DNA from: Cyclobacteriaceae bacterium
GTDB lineage: Bacteria; Bacteroidota; Bacteroidia; Cytophagales; Cyclobacteriaceae
Assembly: GCA_965217305.1 (NCBI GenBank)
Contig: CBDCHN010000007.1
Span: forward strand, 322,522 to 386,521
Direction of reading: 5' to 3'
Length of the DNA: 64,000 nucleotides
Position numbers and translations under genes: made by a program. Below the pieces are notes generated by a model. That model did not search any database. It was given only the letters and a program-made list of their open reading frames with translations, and had not been told where the DNA came from. The first letter of the stretch is position 1. Each line of letters begins with the position of its first letter. Below are positions 45,889-55,015 of this stretch, one piece after another.

Positions 45889-48255
45889 ATGCTTCGCAAC
45901 TATCTCAAGATTGCCTACCGCAACTTTGTTCGCAACAAGGTTTACTCCCTCATTAACGTGTTGGGCTTGGCGCTGAGTATGTTCTGCGCCATGCTCGTCA
46001 TCCTGTGGATCAACGACGAGCTGAGCTACGAATCGTTCTGGCCCAACTCCGAGCAAATCTACCGGCTGGCGCAAGCTCCGGACTTCAACGACGGCACGGT
46101 GTTTCGGGTGGCATCCAACCCGGCTCCGATGCCCGAAGTGATCAAAGAACAGAATCCCGGGATTGTAGAGTACACTCGTTTTCGTCCGCAAACGGATAAA
46201 GTACTGATCCGCTACAACGATGCTCAGTTCTACGAAGTCGTCACCTACGTTGATTCTACCTTTTTCAAAGTGTTTCAGCTTCCGTTCCTGGCCGGGAATC
46301 CTGCGAATGCGCTCTTCGATCCCAATTCTATGGTGATCACCGCCCGAATGGCGGAAAAGTACTTCGGTAAAAACTGGCAGCAAGAAGATATATTGGGCAA
46401 AACTCTATCGCTCAACAAAAAAGAGAGTTTCTCTATCAGTGGAGTCATTGAGAACTTGCCGTCCAATACGCACTTCAAGTTTGACGTTTTGCTGCCCTTC
46501 CGGAAACTATACGAGTACGGATGGAGCATGAGTTGGGGCAACAACTATTACTACGCCTATTTCTTATTGGGTAACGAGGTAAATGCGGAAGCTCTTTCCG
46601 CTCAAATCGCGCAGTACGCGGCCACGCGAGACGATATCGAAGATAACTTTTATCTGCAAGCTCTGGAAGATATTCATCTCTACTCTGACTTTGATATCGA
46701 CGTATACGGCAGCACCGAACCCCGCTATCCTTACGTGCGGATCTTCATCATCGTGGCCCTGGCCATTGTCCTGATCGCCTGCATCAACTTTATGAACCTC
46801 TCCACCGCCCAGTCGGAGCGACGCGCTAAGGAGATCGGGCTGCGCAAAACCGTAGGCTCGCGGCGCGGGCAGATTGTGGGTCAACTGCTGAGCGAGTCGG
46901 TGCTGCTCTCCCTGCTGGCGCTATTGATTGCCGGAGTGGCGGTGGCGCTGGCGCTTCCTGCGTTCAACGGCATTGTAGACAAAGCTATCGTACTGGATTC
47001 GGGAAAGTGGCCGATTGGGTTGTCCTTCGTGGTGGGGGCGGTCGGGATCGGTCTGCTGGCGGGTAGTTATCCGGCCCTGTTCCTATCGGGATTCAAACCG
47101 GTAGAAGTGCTTAAGGGAGGTTTCACCGCTCGGCGGGGAGGCACGATGTTTCGCCGGGTGCTGGTGGTGACCCAGTTTGCGGTCACTATCATCCTTATTC
47201 TGGGCACGACTGTCGTGTATAAGCAGTTTCAGTACTTTATGGAAAAAGACCTGGGCTACGACAAAGATTTGCTGGTGTATATGCCGGTGCTGGGGGATAT
47301 TATGACGAATTACAACGGGTTTAAGAATGATCTCTTACAACGGCCACTCATTACCGGCGTCACGGTTTCCTCCGACATTCCTACCCATACTACCCACGCT
47401 ACGTACTTTGTGGACTGGGACGGTAAGCGTGAAGACGACAAGACGCTGTTCCATAACTTCACGGTCGACATTGACTACGTTGAAACGCTAGGGTTAGACT
47501 TGGTAGAAGGACGAAGTTTCTCGCCGGATTTTCCGGCCGATTCCTCTAACTTCATCTTGAATGAAGAAGCGCTGAAGCTCACCGGCCTTACCGATCCTAT
47601 CGGAAAGCGGTTCAATATGGGAGAAAATGAGGGTACGATTGTGGGTATTGTCAAGGACTTCAACTTCAAGTCATTGCACCAGAAAGTAGAACCCCTGGTG
47701 TTACACATGCTCTATGATCTTGACTACGTCCTGGTGAAAATAGCTCCGGGAAACACTACTAATTCGCTCGCTCTTCTTGAGCAGGCCTGGAACAAGTACA
47801 ATCCTAACTATCCCTTCGAGTACCACTTTCTGGACGAAGAATACGAGCAGTTGTACCAGTCAGAAAAGCGCATGTCAGACATTTTCGACTACTTCACTTT
47901 CTTCACCCTGTTCATCGCCTGCCTCGGTCTGATCGGACTCATCAACCACATGATTGAGAAGCGCACCAAGGAGGTGAGCATTCGCAAGATACTGGGAGCG
48001 TCGGTGTCCAGTATCCTGGTGCTGCTGTCGCACGAATACGTCCGTCTGATTCTGATTGCCTTCGTCATCGCGGTGCCCGTGGCGCACTACTTCATTATCG
48101 ACTGGCTGAGGAACTACGCCTACCGGGTGGCTGTGCCCTGGTGGGTCTACGTGGTACCCGGTTTGCTGGTGCTGGTGGTCGCTCTACTTTCAGTCAGTGC
48201 CCAAACCCTGCGGGCCGCCCGCCGCAACCCGGTGGACAGTTTGCGGTATGAGTGA
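45889..48255 (+). CDS. ABC-type permease, double FtsX architecture (paralog 2)
   Basis: MLRNYLKIAYRNFVRNK.. and tail ..LRAARRNPVDSLRYE. Start at ATG 45889. Confidence 0.9.
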   Translation: MLRNYLKIAYRNFVRNKVYSLINVLGLALSMFCAMLVILWINDELSYESFWPNSEQIYRLAQAPDFNDGTVFRVASNPAPMPEVIKEQNPGIVEYTRFRPQTDKVLIRYNDAQFYEVVTYVDSTFFKVFQLPFLAGNPANALFDPNSMVITARMAEKYFGKNWQQEDILGKTLSLNKKESFSISGVIENLPSNTHFKFDVLLPFRKLYEYGWSMSWGNNYYYAYFLLGNEVNAEALSAQIAQYAATRDDIEDNFYLQALEDIHLYSDFDIDVYGSTEPRYPYVRIFIIVALAIVLIACINFMNLSTAQSERRAKEIGLRKTVGSRRGQIVGQLLSESVLLSLLALLIAGVAVALALPAFNGIVDKAIVLDSGKWPIGLSFVVGAVGIGLLAGSYPALFLSGFKPVEVLKGGFTARRGGTMFRRVLVVTQFAVTIILILGTTVVYKQFQYFMEKDLGYDKDLLVYMPVLGDIMTNYNGFKNDLLQRPLITGVTVSSDIPTHTTHATYFVDWDGKREDDKTLFHNFTVDIDYVETLGLDLVEGRSFSPDFPADSSNFILNEEALKLTGLTDPIGKRFNMGENEGTIVGIVKDFNFKSLHQKVEPLVLHMLYDLDYVLVKIAPGNTTNSLALLEQAWNKYNPNYPFEYHFLDEEYEQLYQSEKRMSDIFDYFTFFTLFIACLGLIGLINHMIEKRTKEVSIRKILGASVSSILVLLSHEYVRLILIAFVIAVPVAHYFIIDWLRNYAYRVAVPWWVYVVPGLLVLVVALLSVSAQTLRAARRNPVDSLRYE

Positions 48256-48354
48256 GTGGTGCAAATACCCTAGATGAATGCTTGTGAGGCTTGGTTTTTC
48301 TTAAGAAAGGATTTACTTTCGTTCGTACCGAGTCATAAGAAAAAAGGAGAAAAG

Positions 48355-48543
48355 ATGTTAACCACCAAGGTAAAAGAAGAGGCCGAACGCTTGATCCAAG
48401 AGCTACCCGATGATGCTACCTGGGACGATCTCATGCAGAAGATTTACGTGCGCCAGGCTATTGAGGCGGGGCTCAACGACAGTGAAGCCGGACGTACAAT
48501 AGATGTGAAAGAAGTGCGCAAAAAGTTCGGACTATCGTCGTGA
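48355..48543 (+). CDS. small antitoxin-like protein (partner type of RelE/ParE toxins)
   Basis: GGAG-type RBS before ATG 48355. LIQELPDDATWDDLMQKIYVRQAIEAGLNDSEAGRTIDVKEVRKKFGL resembles antitoxins I have seen upstream of RelE/ParE genes. Confidence 0.6.
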   Translation: MLTTKVKEEAERLIQELPDDATWDDLMQKIYVRQAIEAGLNDSEAGRTIDVKEVRKKFGLSS

Positions 48544-48605
48544 GGGTACATTTCGATGTGCTGGCGGTTTTTCACAGTGCTCAGCAGTTGCCACCCGAGT
48601 TGTAA
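48540..48605 (+). pseudogene. 21-codon remnant of a RelE/ParE-type toxin gene
   Basis: A GTG overlapping the antitoxin stop opens VRVHFDVLAVFHSAQQLPPEL*, which resembles only the C-terminal strand (..VLAVxHxAxxL) of such toxins. Confidence 0.35.
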
Positions 48606-48637
48606 CTGAAGTGTGACCAAGCAGCCGTCAAGGTCAT

Positions 48638-49045
48638 TTATAAGCGGAAGTTTTCCAGCACCGGTAGCTTCTTGATGGCGGGCACCTTCTTCACCGGGCT
48701 TTGCTCGGCCAGCTTGGTCAGGGTGCTTCCCAGGCGCACGTTGGTCTTGATCTGGTGGCGCTCCGGGTCAAAGCGGTCCGCATCGTCGGTAAACACCCCG
48801 CTGATGCTGCGGTCGATGGGCAGATACTCCGAGATGAAGCCCTGGCCCTGCCGGAGGCGATTGCCCAGGGCCATAAAGACGGCGTTGATCACCGCGTTGC
48901 ACTCGGTAGGCTTCAGGATAGAACCTTCGCCGGTGATGTCTTCCACCAGGTCTTGGGGTGTACACTTGGGGGTGTCCTGCACCACGGCCATGTGGTCGAG
49001 CGGGTCGGGGGTGAGCACGTTGTCGTGCAGCGAAAAGGTAATCAT
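48638..49045 (-). CDS. HU-like (Bacteroidota HU-HIG type) DNA-binding domain protein
   Basis: 135 aa. ..HDNVLTPDP..MAVV..T..DLVEDI..GSILK..ECNAVINA..L..G..F follows the pattern of the long HU-related family common in Bacteroidota. Confidence 0.6.
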   Translation of the reverse strand: MITFSLHDNVLTPDPLDHMAVVQDTPKCTPQDLVEDITGEGSILKPTECNAVINAVFMALGNRLRQGQGFISEYLPIDRSISGVFTDDADRFDPERHQIKTNVRLGSTLTKLAEQSPVKKVPAIKKLPVLENFRL

Positions 49046-49101
49046 AGGTCAATCGTTAATGGGTTAGACATACGTTTAAAATCAGACATGCTAAACCACC
49101 C

Positions 49102-49230
49102 GCAAAAATAAGGCAGCTTGCGGTGCTACGCGTCGGAGTGGGGTGTAAGGTTGTAGCAGAAAACGAGCGTTTTAGGAAGGGCTATTGTCGTACACTGCAC
49201 AATAGGGACGGGTTACTGCAAAAAGGTTGG
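49102..49230 (+). promoter_or_regulatory. conserved permease-upstream element, copy 3 (extended)
   Basis: CACTGCA at 49193 and TACTGCA at 49214. My ungapped hand alignment with 45704-45831 gives 97/128 identities. Confidence 0.6.
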
Positions 49231-49280
49231 CAGTCGGCGGGCGGCGGTGTATTTTTATAGGCACTACTCAACTCCCTGCT

Positions 49281-51590
49281 ATGCTCTTTCAGTCCCTAAG
49301 ATCGGCCCTACGAAACCTGCTTCGCCATCGACAAAACGCACTCATCATTATCCTGAGTCTGACCATTGCGTTTGCTTTTTCCAACCTGTTGCTGGCGTTC
49401 TTGCTGCACGAACTGGGCACCGATTCGTTTCATACGAAGAAAGACCGGATTTACCGGCTGCTGAGCAGCGACCCCTGGGGAGACGAAAGTCGGTTGCGGT
49501 ATACGCTGCGCGAAGCGGCTCAGTTCATTGCGGATCGCTACCCGGAAGTAGAAGCCGTTTGCACAATTAGCAAGTTGAACAACGAAGGGATTACTACCTC
49601 GGAATCAGCGCAGGTTTTTGATGAGGTACAGTTCATTGAGGCCGATACTACTTTTTTCCGCCTGTTCGACTATCCGATTGTCGAAGGAAGTTTGACTGAC
49701 TTCCATCGGGAAGCGGGAGTGGTATTGACCGAAACCACTGCCCGCCAACTGCTGGGTGAATTGCCCTACACCAGCCGAACGATTGAAATCTACGAAGACA
49801 CAAGTATCTATCAGTTGCCCGTGATCGCCGTTATCGCTCGGCCCGAAGAAAACACGCAGTTTCAGTTCGACGGAGTGGTTATGCGGCATCGATCGGATAA
49901 ACGCCGCGGCGGAGCATCGTTTCTGCTGGTGCAGCCCGAAGCAAATACGGCTGGCCTTACGGATAAAGTTAATAGCAACGGTGATACGCCCAGCTTGGTT
50001 GGCCCCGGGCAGATGACCTATTTCACGGAACCCTTTACCCGTTCGTACTTTAGCAGCGACGACCGAAGCCAGCCCTTCGAGATCAACCGGAGCAGCTTGC
50101 TGGTGAAGGTGTGCGGGGTGGTGATTGGGCTGCTGCTGCTTTCGGCAGGCTTCAACTTTATCACCTTGTTGGTGGTTGGGTTGCTGCACCGAAAGAAAGA
50201 AATCGGCCTTCGGAAGACATTGGGAGCTTCCCGCCTCGGACTGGGTACGACCGTGGGAGCAGAGGTGGGCATGTTCATCATTGTCTCTTTCATCCTTTCC
50301 GTGCTGTTGACAGCGCAACTACTTCCCTACTTTAATACCGCCTTTGAAGCGACCCTTACTTTCTCGTACTTCACGCAGGGCAAGGTGCTGGCAGTCGCCG
50401 GTGGGATCATCCTGTTGATTGGACTGCTAACCACCGTTGGCCTGGGCTATTACCTTTGGAACCTCAACACCATCAAACTGCTGGGTGAGCAAATTCACCC
50501 GCGGCTTCGCATGAACCGCTGGTTGTTCACCATTCAGTTTTTAGTGGCTACCACCCTGATGGTATGCTCTTCGGTGATTATTCGGCAGATGGACTACGTC
50601 AGGACTAAGCCGCTGGGGTTTAACCGAAACTTACTGGAATTGCGTGCTCCCGACAAGGAGGGGCAGAGCCGGTTGGCCGCTCTCAAGAATCTATTGCTTC
50701 AGTACCCGAAAATTTCTCGGGTAGCATTATCCACGAGCAACCCAGTCTCGGGTAACTGGCTGGTCCGATACGAGCTGGAAGACGATAAATTTTACGCTCC
50801 GTACCAGATGTCAGGGGATGAGGACTTGATTGAAACGCTAGGCTTGACCGTTACGCAAGGCAAACCTTTTCGGTCGGGTGATCCGTCGGGAAAAATGGTG
50901 AATGAAACCTTGGTGCGGCACTTCAGTATGAAAGACCCGATTGGCGAAAAGATACCAGGCACTGACGATCATATTGTTGGAGTCGTCAACGATTTCAACG
51001 CGGTATCGCTCAAGAAAGACATTCCACTCTTTATCATTTCTTATCAAGATACGCTACCCCGTCTGCTGATGGATATTGCTACTGCTCCGCTTGGCGATTT
51101 GTTGCCTCCCGTGCAGGCCGCCTGGGAAAAGATATATCCCCACGAACCTTTTGCGTACCAGCTGATCGACGATCAGTTGCTGGCTCAACACCACGATGAC
51201 ACCTTCTTTTACCGTATTATTATCAGTTTTACTATTGCCAGCATCCTGATTAGCTGCTTTGGGTTGTACGGTGTTGCCTCGTTCACCAGCCAGCAACGCA
51301 CCCAAGAGATCGGTATTCGTAAAGTGTTGGGGGCTAGCGTGGGCAGCGTGCTGTTGTTGCTTAGCAAAGACTACATCCGTTGGCTACTGATTGCCCTGGC
51401 GGTAGCCATTCCCGTAGCCAACTACTTTATGAACGAATGGCTGCAAAGCTTCGCCTACCGTATTGACGTGACGGCCTGGGTCCTGCTAAGCCCGGGCTTG
51501 TTGATCCTCTTGATTGCCTTGCTAACCGTTAGCCAACAAACCCTGAGCGCCGCCCGGCGCAACCCGGTGGATAGCTTGCGGGATGAGTAA
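49281..51590 (+). CDS. ABC-type permease, double FtsX architecture (paralog 3, most divergent)
   Basis: MLFQSLRSALRNLLRHRQN.. and tail ..LSAARRNPVDSLRDE. Start at ATG 49281. Confidence 0.9.
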   Translation: MLFQSLRSALRNLLRHRQNALIIILSLTIAFAFSNLLLAFLLHELGTDSFHTKKDRIYRLLSSDPWGDESRLRYTLREAAQFIADRYPEVEAVCTISKLNNEGITTSESAQVFDEVQFIEADTTFFRLFDYPIVEGSLTDFHREAGVVLTETTARQLLGELPYTSRTIEIYEDTSIYQLPVIAVIARPEENTQFQFDGVVMRHRSDKRRGGASFLLVQPEANTAGLTDKVNSNGDTPSLVGPGQMTYFTEPFTRSYFSSDDRSQPFEINRSSLLVKVCGVVIGLLLLSAGFNFITLLVVGLLHRKKEIGLRKTLGASRLGLGTTVGAEVGMFIIVSFILSVLLTAQLLPYFNTAFEATLTFSYFTQGKVLAVAGGIILLIGLLTTVGLGYYLWNLNTIKLLGEQIHPRLRMNRWLFTIQFLVATTLMVCSSVIIRQMDYVRTKPLGFNRNLLELRAPDKEGQSRLAALKNLLLQYPKISRVALSTSNPVSGNWLVRYELEDDKFYAPYQMSGDEDLIETLGLTVTQGKPFRSGDPSGKMVNETLVRHFSMKDPIGEKIPGTDDHIVGVVNDFNAVSLKKDIPLFIISYQDTLPRLLMDIATAPLGDLLPPVQAAWEKIYPHEPFAYQLIDDQLLAQHHDDTFFYRIIISFTIASILISCFGLYGVASFTSQQRTQEIGIRKVLGASVGSVLLLLSKDYIRWLLIALAVAIPVANYFMNEWLQSFAYRIDVTAWVLLSPGLLILLIALLTVSQQTLSAARRNPVDSLRDE

Positions 51591-51630
51591 AGCCATTGTT
51601 TGCTATAGGTAAACTTGCTACCTTGCAGAG

Positions 51631-51939
51631 GTGTTTAACATCATCACTAGTCGGACGATCAATGAATACTGCGAAAAGTACCCAGAGGCAACGCAAGTCC
51701 TGCGTAAATGGTACAGCGATTTTAGCAAGACTGATTTCGGTAGTGCTAACGAGTTGAAATCAGTTTACCGAAACGCTAGTATTGTAGGTGATAACCGAGT
51801 GGTCTTTAACATTGGCGGAAATAAATATCGTCTGGTAGTCCGGGTTAGCTACTTATATAAAGCGGTGATGATCAAATGGTTTGGAACTCACCAGGAATAC
51901 GATAAAATTGATGTAACTACGGTACAGTACGAACGATGA
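51631..51939 (+). CDS. higB: type II toxin HigB (mRNA interferase)
   Basis: GTG start. ..ASIVGDNRVVFNIGGNKYRLVVRVSY..IKWFGTHQEYDKID is the HigB-toxin signature. Confidence 0.85.
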   Translation: MFNIITSRTINEYCEKYPEATQVLRKWYSDFSKTDFGSANELKSVYRNASIVGDNRVVFNIGGNKYRLVVRVSYLYKAVMIKWFGTHQEYDKIDVTTVQYER

Positions 51940-52289
51940 GTACGAAAATTATACAGAATGAAGAGGAGTACGACCAAGCGCTAGATAGAGCAGAGCAAAT
52001 CTTTAGTGCTCAACCTGATAGTCCCGAAGGTGATGAACTAGCATTGCTATTGCTGGTCATCAAGGACTACGAGCAAAAGCACCACCCGGTGCCCCCGCCC
52101 GACCCCATAGAAGCAATCAAATTGACCATGCAGGAACGAGGGTTAATTGCTCAAGATTTGGTACCACTACTGGGTAGCAAGAGTTACGTATCTCAGGTAC
52201 TAAACCGAAAGAAACCACTTACCGCTGACATGATGCGTTCGCTTCATAAGCACTTAGGCATTCCGGCAGAAGTATTGTTAGCAGGTTAA
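51936..52289 (+). CDS. higA: HigA-type HTH antitoxin
   Basis: ATGA overlap with higB. C-terminal HTH (..LVPLLGSKSYVSQVLNRKKPLTADMMRSLHKHLGIP). Confidence 0.85.
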   Translation: MSTKIIQNEEEYDQALDRAEQIFSAQPDSPEGDELALLLLVIKDYEQKHHPVPPPDPIEAIKLTMQERGLIAQDLVPLLGSKSYVSQVLNRKKPLTADMMRSLHKHLGIPAEVLLAG

Positions 52290-52561
52290 TCAAATATCAC
52301 TGCTCAAGAGATTCCAACCGAGCCCGCTACCGGGACATCACCGGTTCGTCCCGGCTGAGCACGTCTTCGCGTAGGAAGAAGATTAGGTCAGTAGGTGCGT
52401 TCTGTGCGTCGGTGGTTCGGGTGATGGCCTGGTAGGCAATGAACCCGGTTTGCGCACTCAACAATAAATTGAGCAGCTTCCGAAAAATGCCTACCTTGGG
52501 GCATTCAACTGCGGCTAGCCGATCCGTTGCGTACCAAAAAACTAACCTTAAAGAACCTAGT

Positions 52562-52963
52562 ATGAGCTTGTTTCAAGATTTCAAGAAGTTTGCCATGAAG
52601 GGCAACATCATCGATCTGGCCGTGGCCGTGATCATCGGGGCGGCCTTTGGCAAGATTGTTTCCTCGTTCGTCGATGACGTGCTCATGCCCCCCATCGGCA
52701 TGCTGCTGGGCGGCGTCGACTTCACCGATTTGGTCATCCCGCTCAAGGAAGGAGCCACCGAAGATGAGACGGTGGTCATCCGGATTGGCAACTTCATTCA
52801 GAACATCGTCGACTTCCTGATCATTGCCTTCAGTGTGTTTATGGTGGTGCGGGCCTATGAAAGCACGCAAACGCCCGAAGAAGCCGCCCCGGTGGCTCCG
52901 CCCGAAGAGGTGAAACTGCTCACCGAAATCCGCGATGCCCTGAATAACCGGCCCATTGTTTGA
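52562..52963 (+). CDS. mscL: large-conductance mechanosensitive channel
   Basis: MSLFQDFKKFAMKGNIIDLAVAVIIGAAFGKIV.. Start at ATG 52562. Confidence 0.93.
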   Translation: MSLFQDFKKFAMKGNIIDLAVAVIIGAAFGKIVSSFVDDVLMPPIGMLLGGVDFTDLVIPLKEGATEDETVVIRIGNFIQNIVDFLIIAFSVFMVVRAYESTQTPEEAAPVAPPEEVKLLTEIRDALNNRPIV

Positions 52964-53036
52964 TCGTTAACCGGAGCGGCTAGCCCCAGATTTTTACGTT
53001 TACTCAACGATCCTATTCCTCAAACCTAAACCCACT

Positions 53037-54038
53037 ATGAAAGACGTTGCACTAGGCATCGACATCGGAGGCACCAACACCAAGTTCGGCTTTGTCGACC
53101 GAAACGGCCATTTGTACGCCGAGACATCCATCCCCACCACCAAAACCCCGCCCGACGATATTGATGCCTTTCTGCAGTATCTCTACGATGAGATCGAGCA
53201 GCTCCGAAAAGCGACCAACGACGACCTCACCGTGGTGGGCGTGGGCATCGGCGCGCCCAACGGCAACTACTTCACCGGTACCATCGAGTACGCTCCTAAC
53301 CTGTCATTTCGAGGTATTGTGCCCTTTGTGGAGCTGTTCAAGAAGTACTACAACCTGCCGATGGTGATGACCAACGACGCCAACGCGGCCGCCATTGGCG
53401 AGATGATCTACGGCGGGGCCAAGGGCATGCGCAACTTCATCATGATCACCCTGGGCACCGGGCTGGGCAGTGGGTTCGTGGCCAACGGCGAACTGGTCTA
53501 CGGACACGACGGCTTCGCTGGGGAGATGGGCCACATTCTGCAAAAGCCTCGCGGGCGCGTCTGCGGTTTGGGTCGGGAGGGCTGCCTGGAGAGCTACGTG
53601 TCGGCCACCGGTATCAAGCGCACCGTGTTTAAACTGCTGGCCGACATGACCGACGACACGCCGCTGCGCGACGTGACCTACAACCAACTGGCCGCCAAGC
53701 AGATCACCGAACTGGCGCAGCAGGGCGACCCGGTGGCGCGCGCCGCCTTCGACTACACCAGCCGTCTGCTGGGGCAAAAGTTGTCCGACATGGTGGCAAT
53801 CTTTAGTCCGGAAGCGATCTTCCTGCTGGGCGGACTGGCCAAGGCGGGGGACGAACTATTGTTTCAGCCGACCAAGCGCTACATGGAAGAGTATATGTTT
53901 CAGGTGTTCCGCGACAAGGTGAAAATCCTGCCCTCGGCCCTGGAGGATAAAAACGCGGCCGTGCTGGGCGCCAGCGCCCTGGCCTGGAAAGAAATGGGCG
54001 TCGACAAGCACCTGCGCGACATTCCCCGTCCCGAATGA
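53037..54038 (+). CDS. ROK-family sugar kinase (glucokinase-like)
   Basis: LGIDIGGTNTKFG, ..GEMGH.., CGLGREGCLESY. Confidence 0.9.
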   Translation: MKDVALGIDIGGTNTKFGFVDRNGHLYAETSIPTTKTPPDDIDAFLQYLYDEIEQLRKATNDDLTVVGVGIGAPNGNYFTGTIEYAPNLSFRGIVPFVELFKKYYNLPMVMTNDANAAAIGEMIYGGAKGMRNFIMITLGTGLGSGFVANGELVYGHDGFAGEMGHILQKPRGRVCGLGREGCLESYVSATGIKRTVFKLLADMTDDTPLRDVTYNQLAAKQITELAQQGDPVARAAFDYTSRLLGQKLSDMVAIFSPEAIFLLGGLAKAGDELLFQPTKRYMEEYMFQVFRDKVKILPSALEDKNAAVLGASALAWKEMGVDKHLRDIPRPE

Positions 54039-54892
54039 GGGCACAACCTTATCGAATTTGTCTCGGTCTGTGGTTGATGGTATCTTCTTGTGCCCCGGCC
54101 GAGACCACCCAGCGCGATTCTTCAGCGGAACGTGATGCCTCGAGTGAGCCTGCCTGGAAGGCCCTCTTCAACGGACACGATCTGGACGATTGGACGGTGA
54201 AAATTCATCACCACGCGGTTGATGAGAACTACGGAAACACCTTTCGGGCTGAAGACGGCATGATTAAGGTGCGCTACGACGAATATGGTGACTTCAACGA
54301 ACAGTATGGACACCTGTACTACCGGCAGCCGTACGCTTACTTTCATCTTAAGCTGGAGTATCGTTTCGTGGGAGAATTGCAGCCGGGCGCGCCGGAGTTC
54401 ACCCGACTCAACAGCGGCGTGATGTTTCACGCGCAAGACCCTCGCACCATGCCGAAAGAACAGAACTGGCCGATCTCGGTGGAGATGCAGTTTCTGGCCG
54501 GGCTAGGCGACGGACAACCGCGTCCTACGGGTAATATGTGCTCGCCGGGCACTAACATCGTCTACCAAGGCAAGCGCACCGACGAGCACTGTATCGATGC
54601 TAGTTCGCCCACCTTCGAAGGAGATCAGTGGGTGCGGGCCGAACTTATCGTGCTGGGTGATTCACTGATCACCCACTTGATCAACGGCGATACCGTGCTG
54701 CAGTACGCTTACCCGCGGGTGCATCGCACCGGAGTGGTGCGGGGTGATAATCGGGAGGCAGTGCCGGAAGGAAGCGCTTTATCCAGCGGCTATATTGCTC
54801 TTCAGAGTGAGGGACAGCCTATTGACTTTCGGAACATCACCCTGCTGGATTTATCAAGCCACTATCGCGCTGCTGGCCGAGCAAACGAGTAA
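54035..54892 (+). CDS. DUF1080 (3-keto-disaccharide hydrolase-like) lipoprotein
   Basis: MVSSCA lipobox; WKALFNGHDLDDWTV.., ..GYIALQSEGQPIDFRNI. ATGA overlap with the ROK gene. Confidence 0.85.
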   Translation: MRAQPYRICLGLWLMVSSCAPAETTQRDSSAERDASSEPAWKALFNGHDLDDWTVKIHHHAVDENYGNTFRAEDGMIKVRYDEYGDFNEQYGHLYYRQPYAYFHLKLEYRFVGELQPGAPEFTRLNSGVMFHAQDPRTMPKEQNWPISVEMQFLAGLGDGQPRPTGNMCSPGTNIVYQGKRTDEHCIDASSPTFEGDQWVRAELIVLGDSLITHLINGDTVLQYAYPRVHRTGVVRGDNREAVPEGSALSSGYIALQSEGQPIDFRNITLLDLSSHYRAAGRANE

Positions 54893-54954
54893 AAACTTTT
54901 TGTAAGAGGGCTCCAACGCTGGGCGCTTCGCGAACCGGTATCTGGTTGGTAAGT

Positions 54955-54994
54955 AAAAAAGCACGCCTCAGCGGTGATCGCCAAAACGTGCTTT
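54955..54994 (-). terminator. terminator between convergent genes (U-tract on minus strand)
   Basis: AAAGCACG (54958-54965) pairs with CGTGCTTT (54987-54994), with inner GCG/CGC pairing. On the minus strand a T6 run follows. Confidence 0.5.
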
Positions 54995-55015
54995 CATTCG
55001 CTGATTTAGACCAAA

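Noticed and set aside
45614-45899. 81-aa ORFs on both strands in the spacer upstream of permease 2
   Set aside because: They cover the nucleotide-conserved regulatory block. The equivalent region before permease 3 does not keep either reading frame.
52290-52561. GC-rich 270-bp stretch without annotation; the minus strand reads ..SAQTGFIAYQAITRTTDAQNAPTDLIFFLREDVLSRDEPVMSR*
   Set aside because: It could be the 3' remnant of a lost gene, but it has no start, no recognisable family and under 60 codons. I cannot support it from sequence alone.
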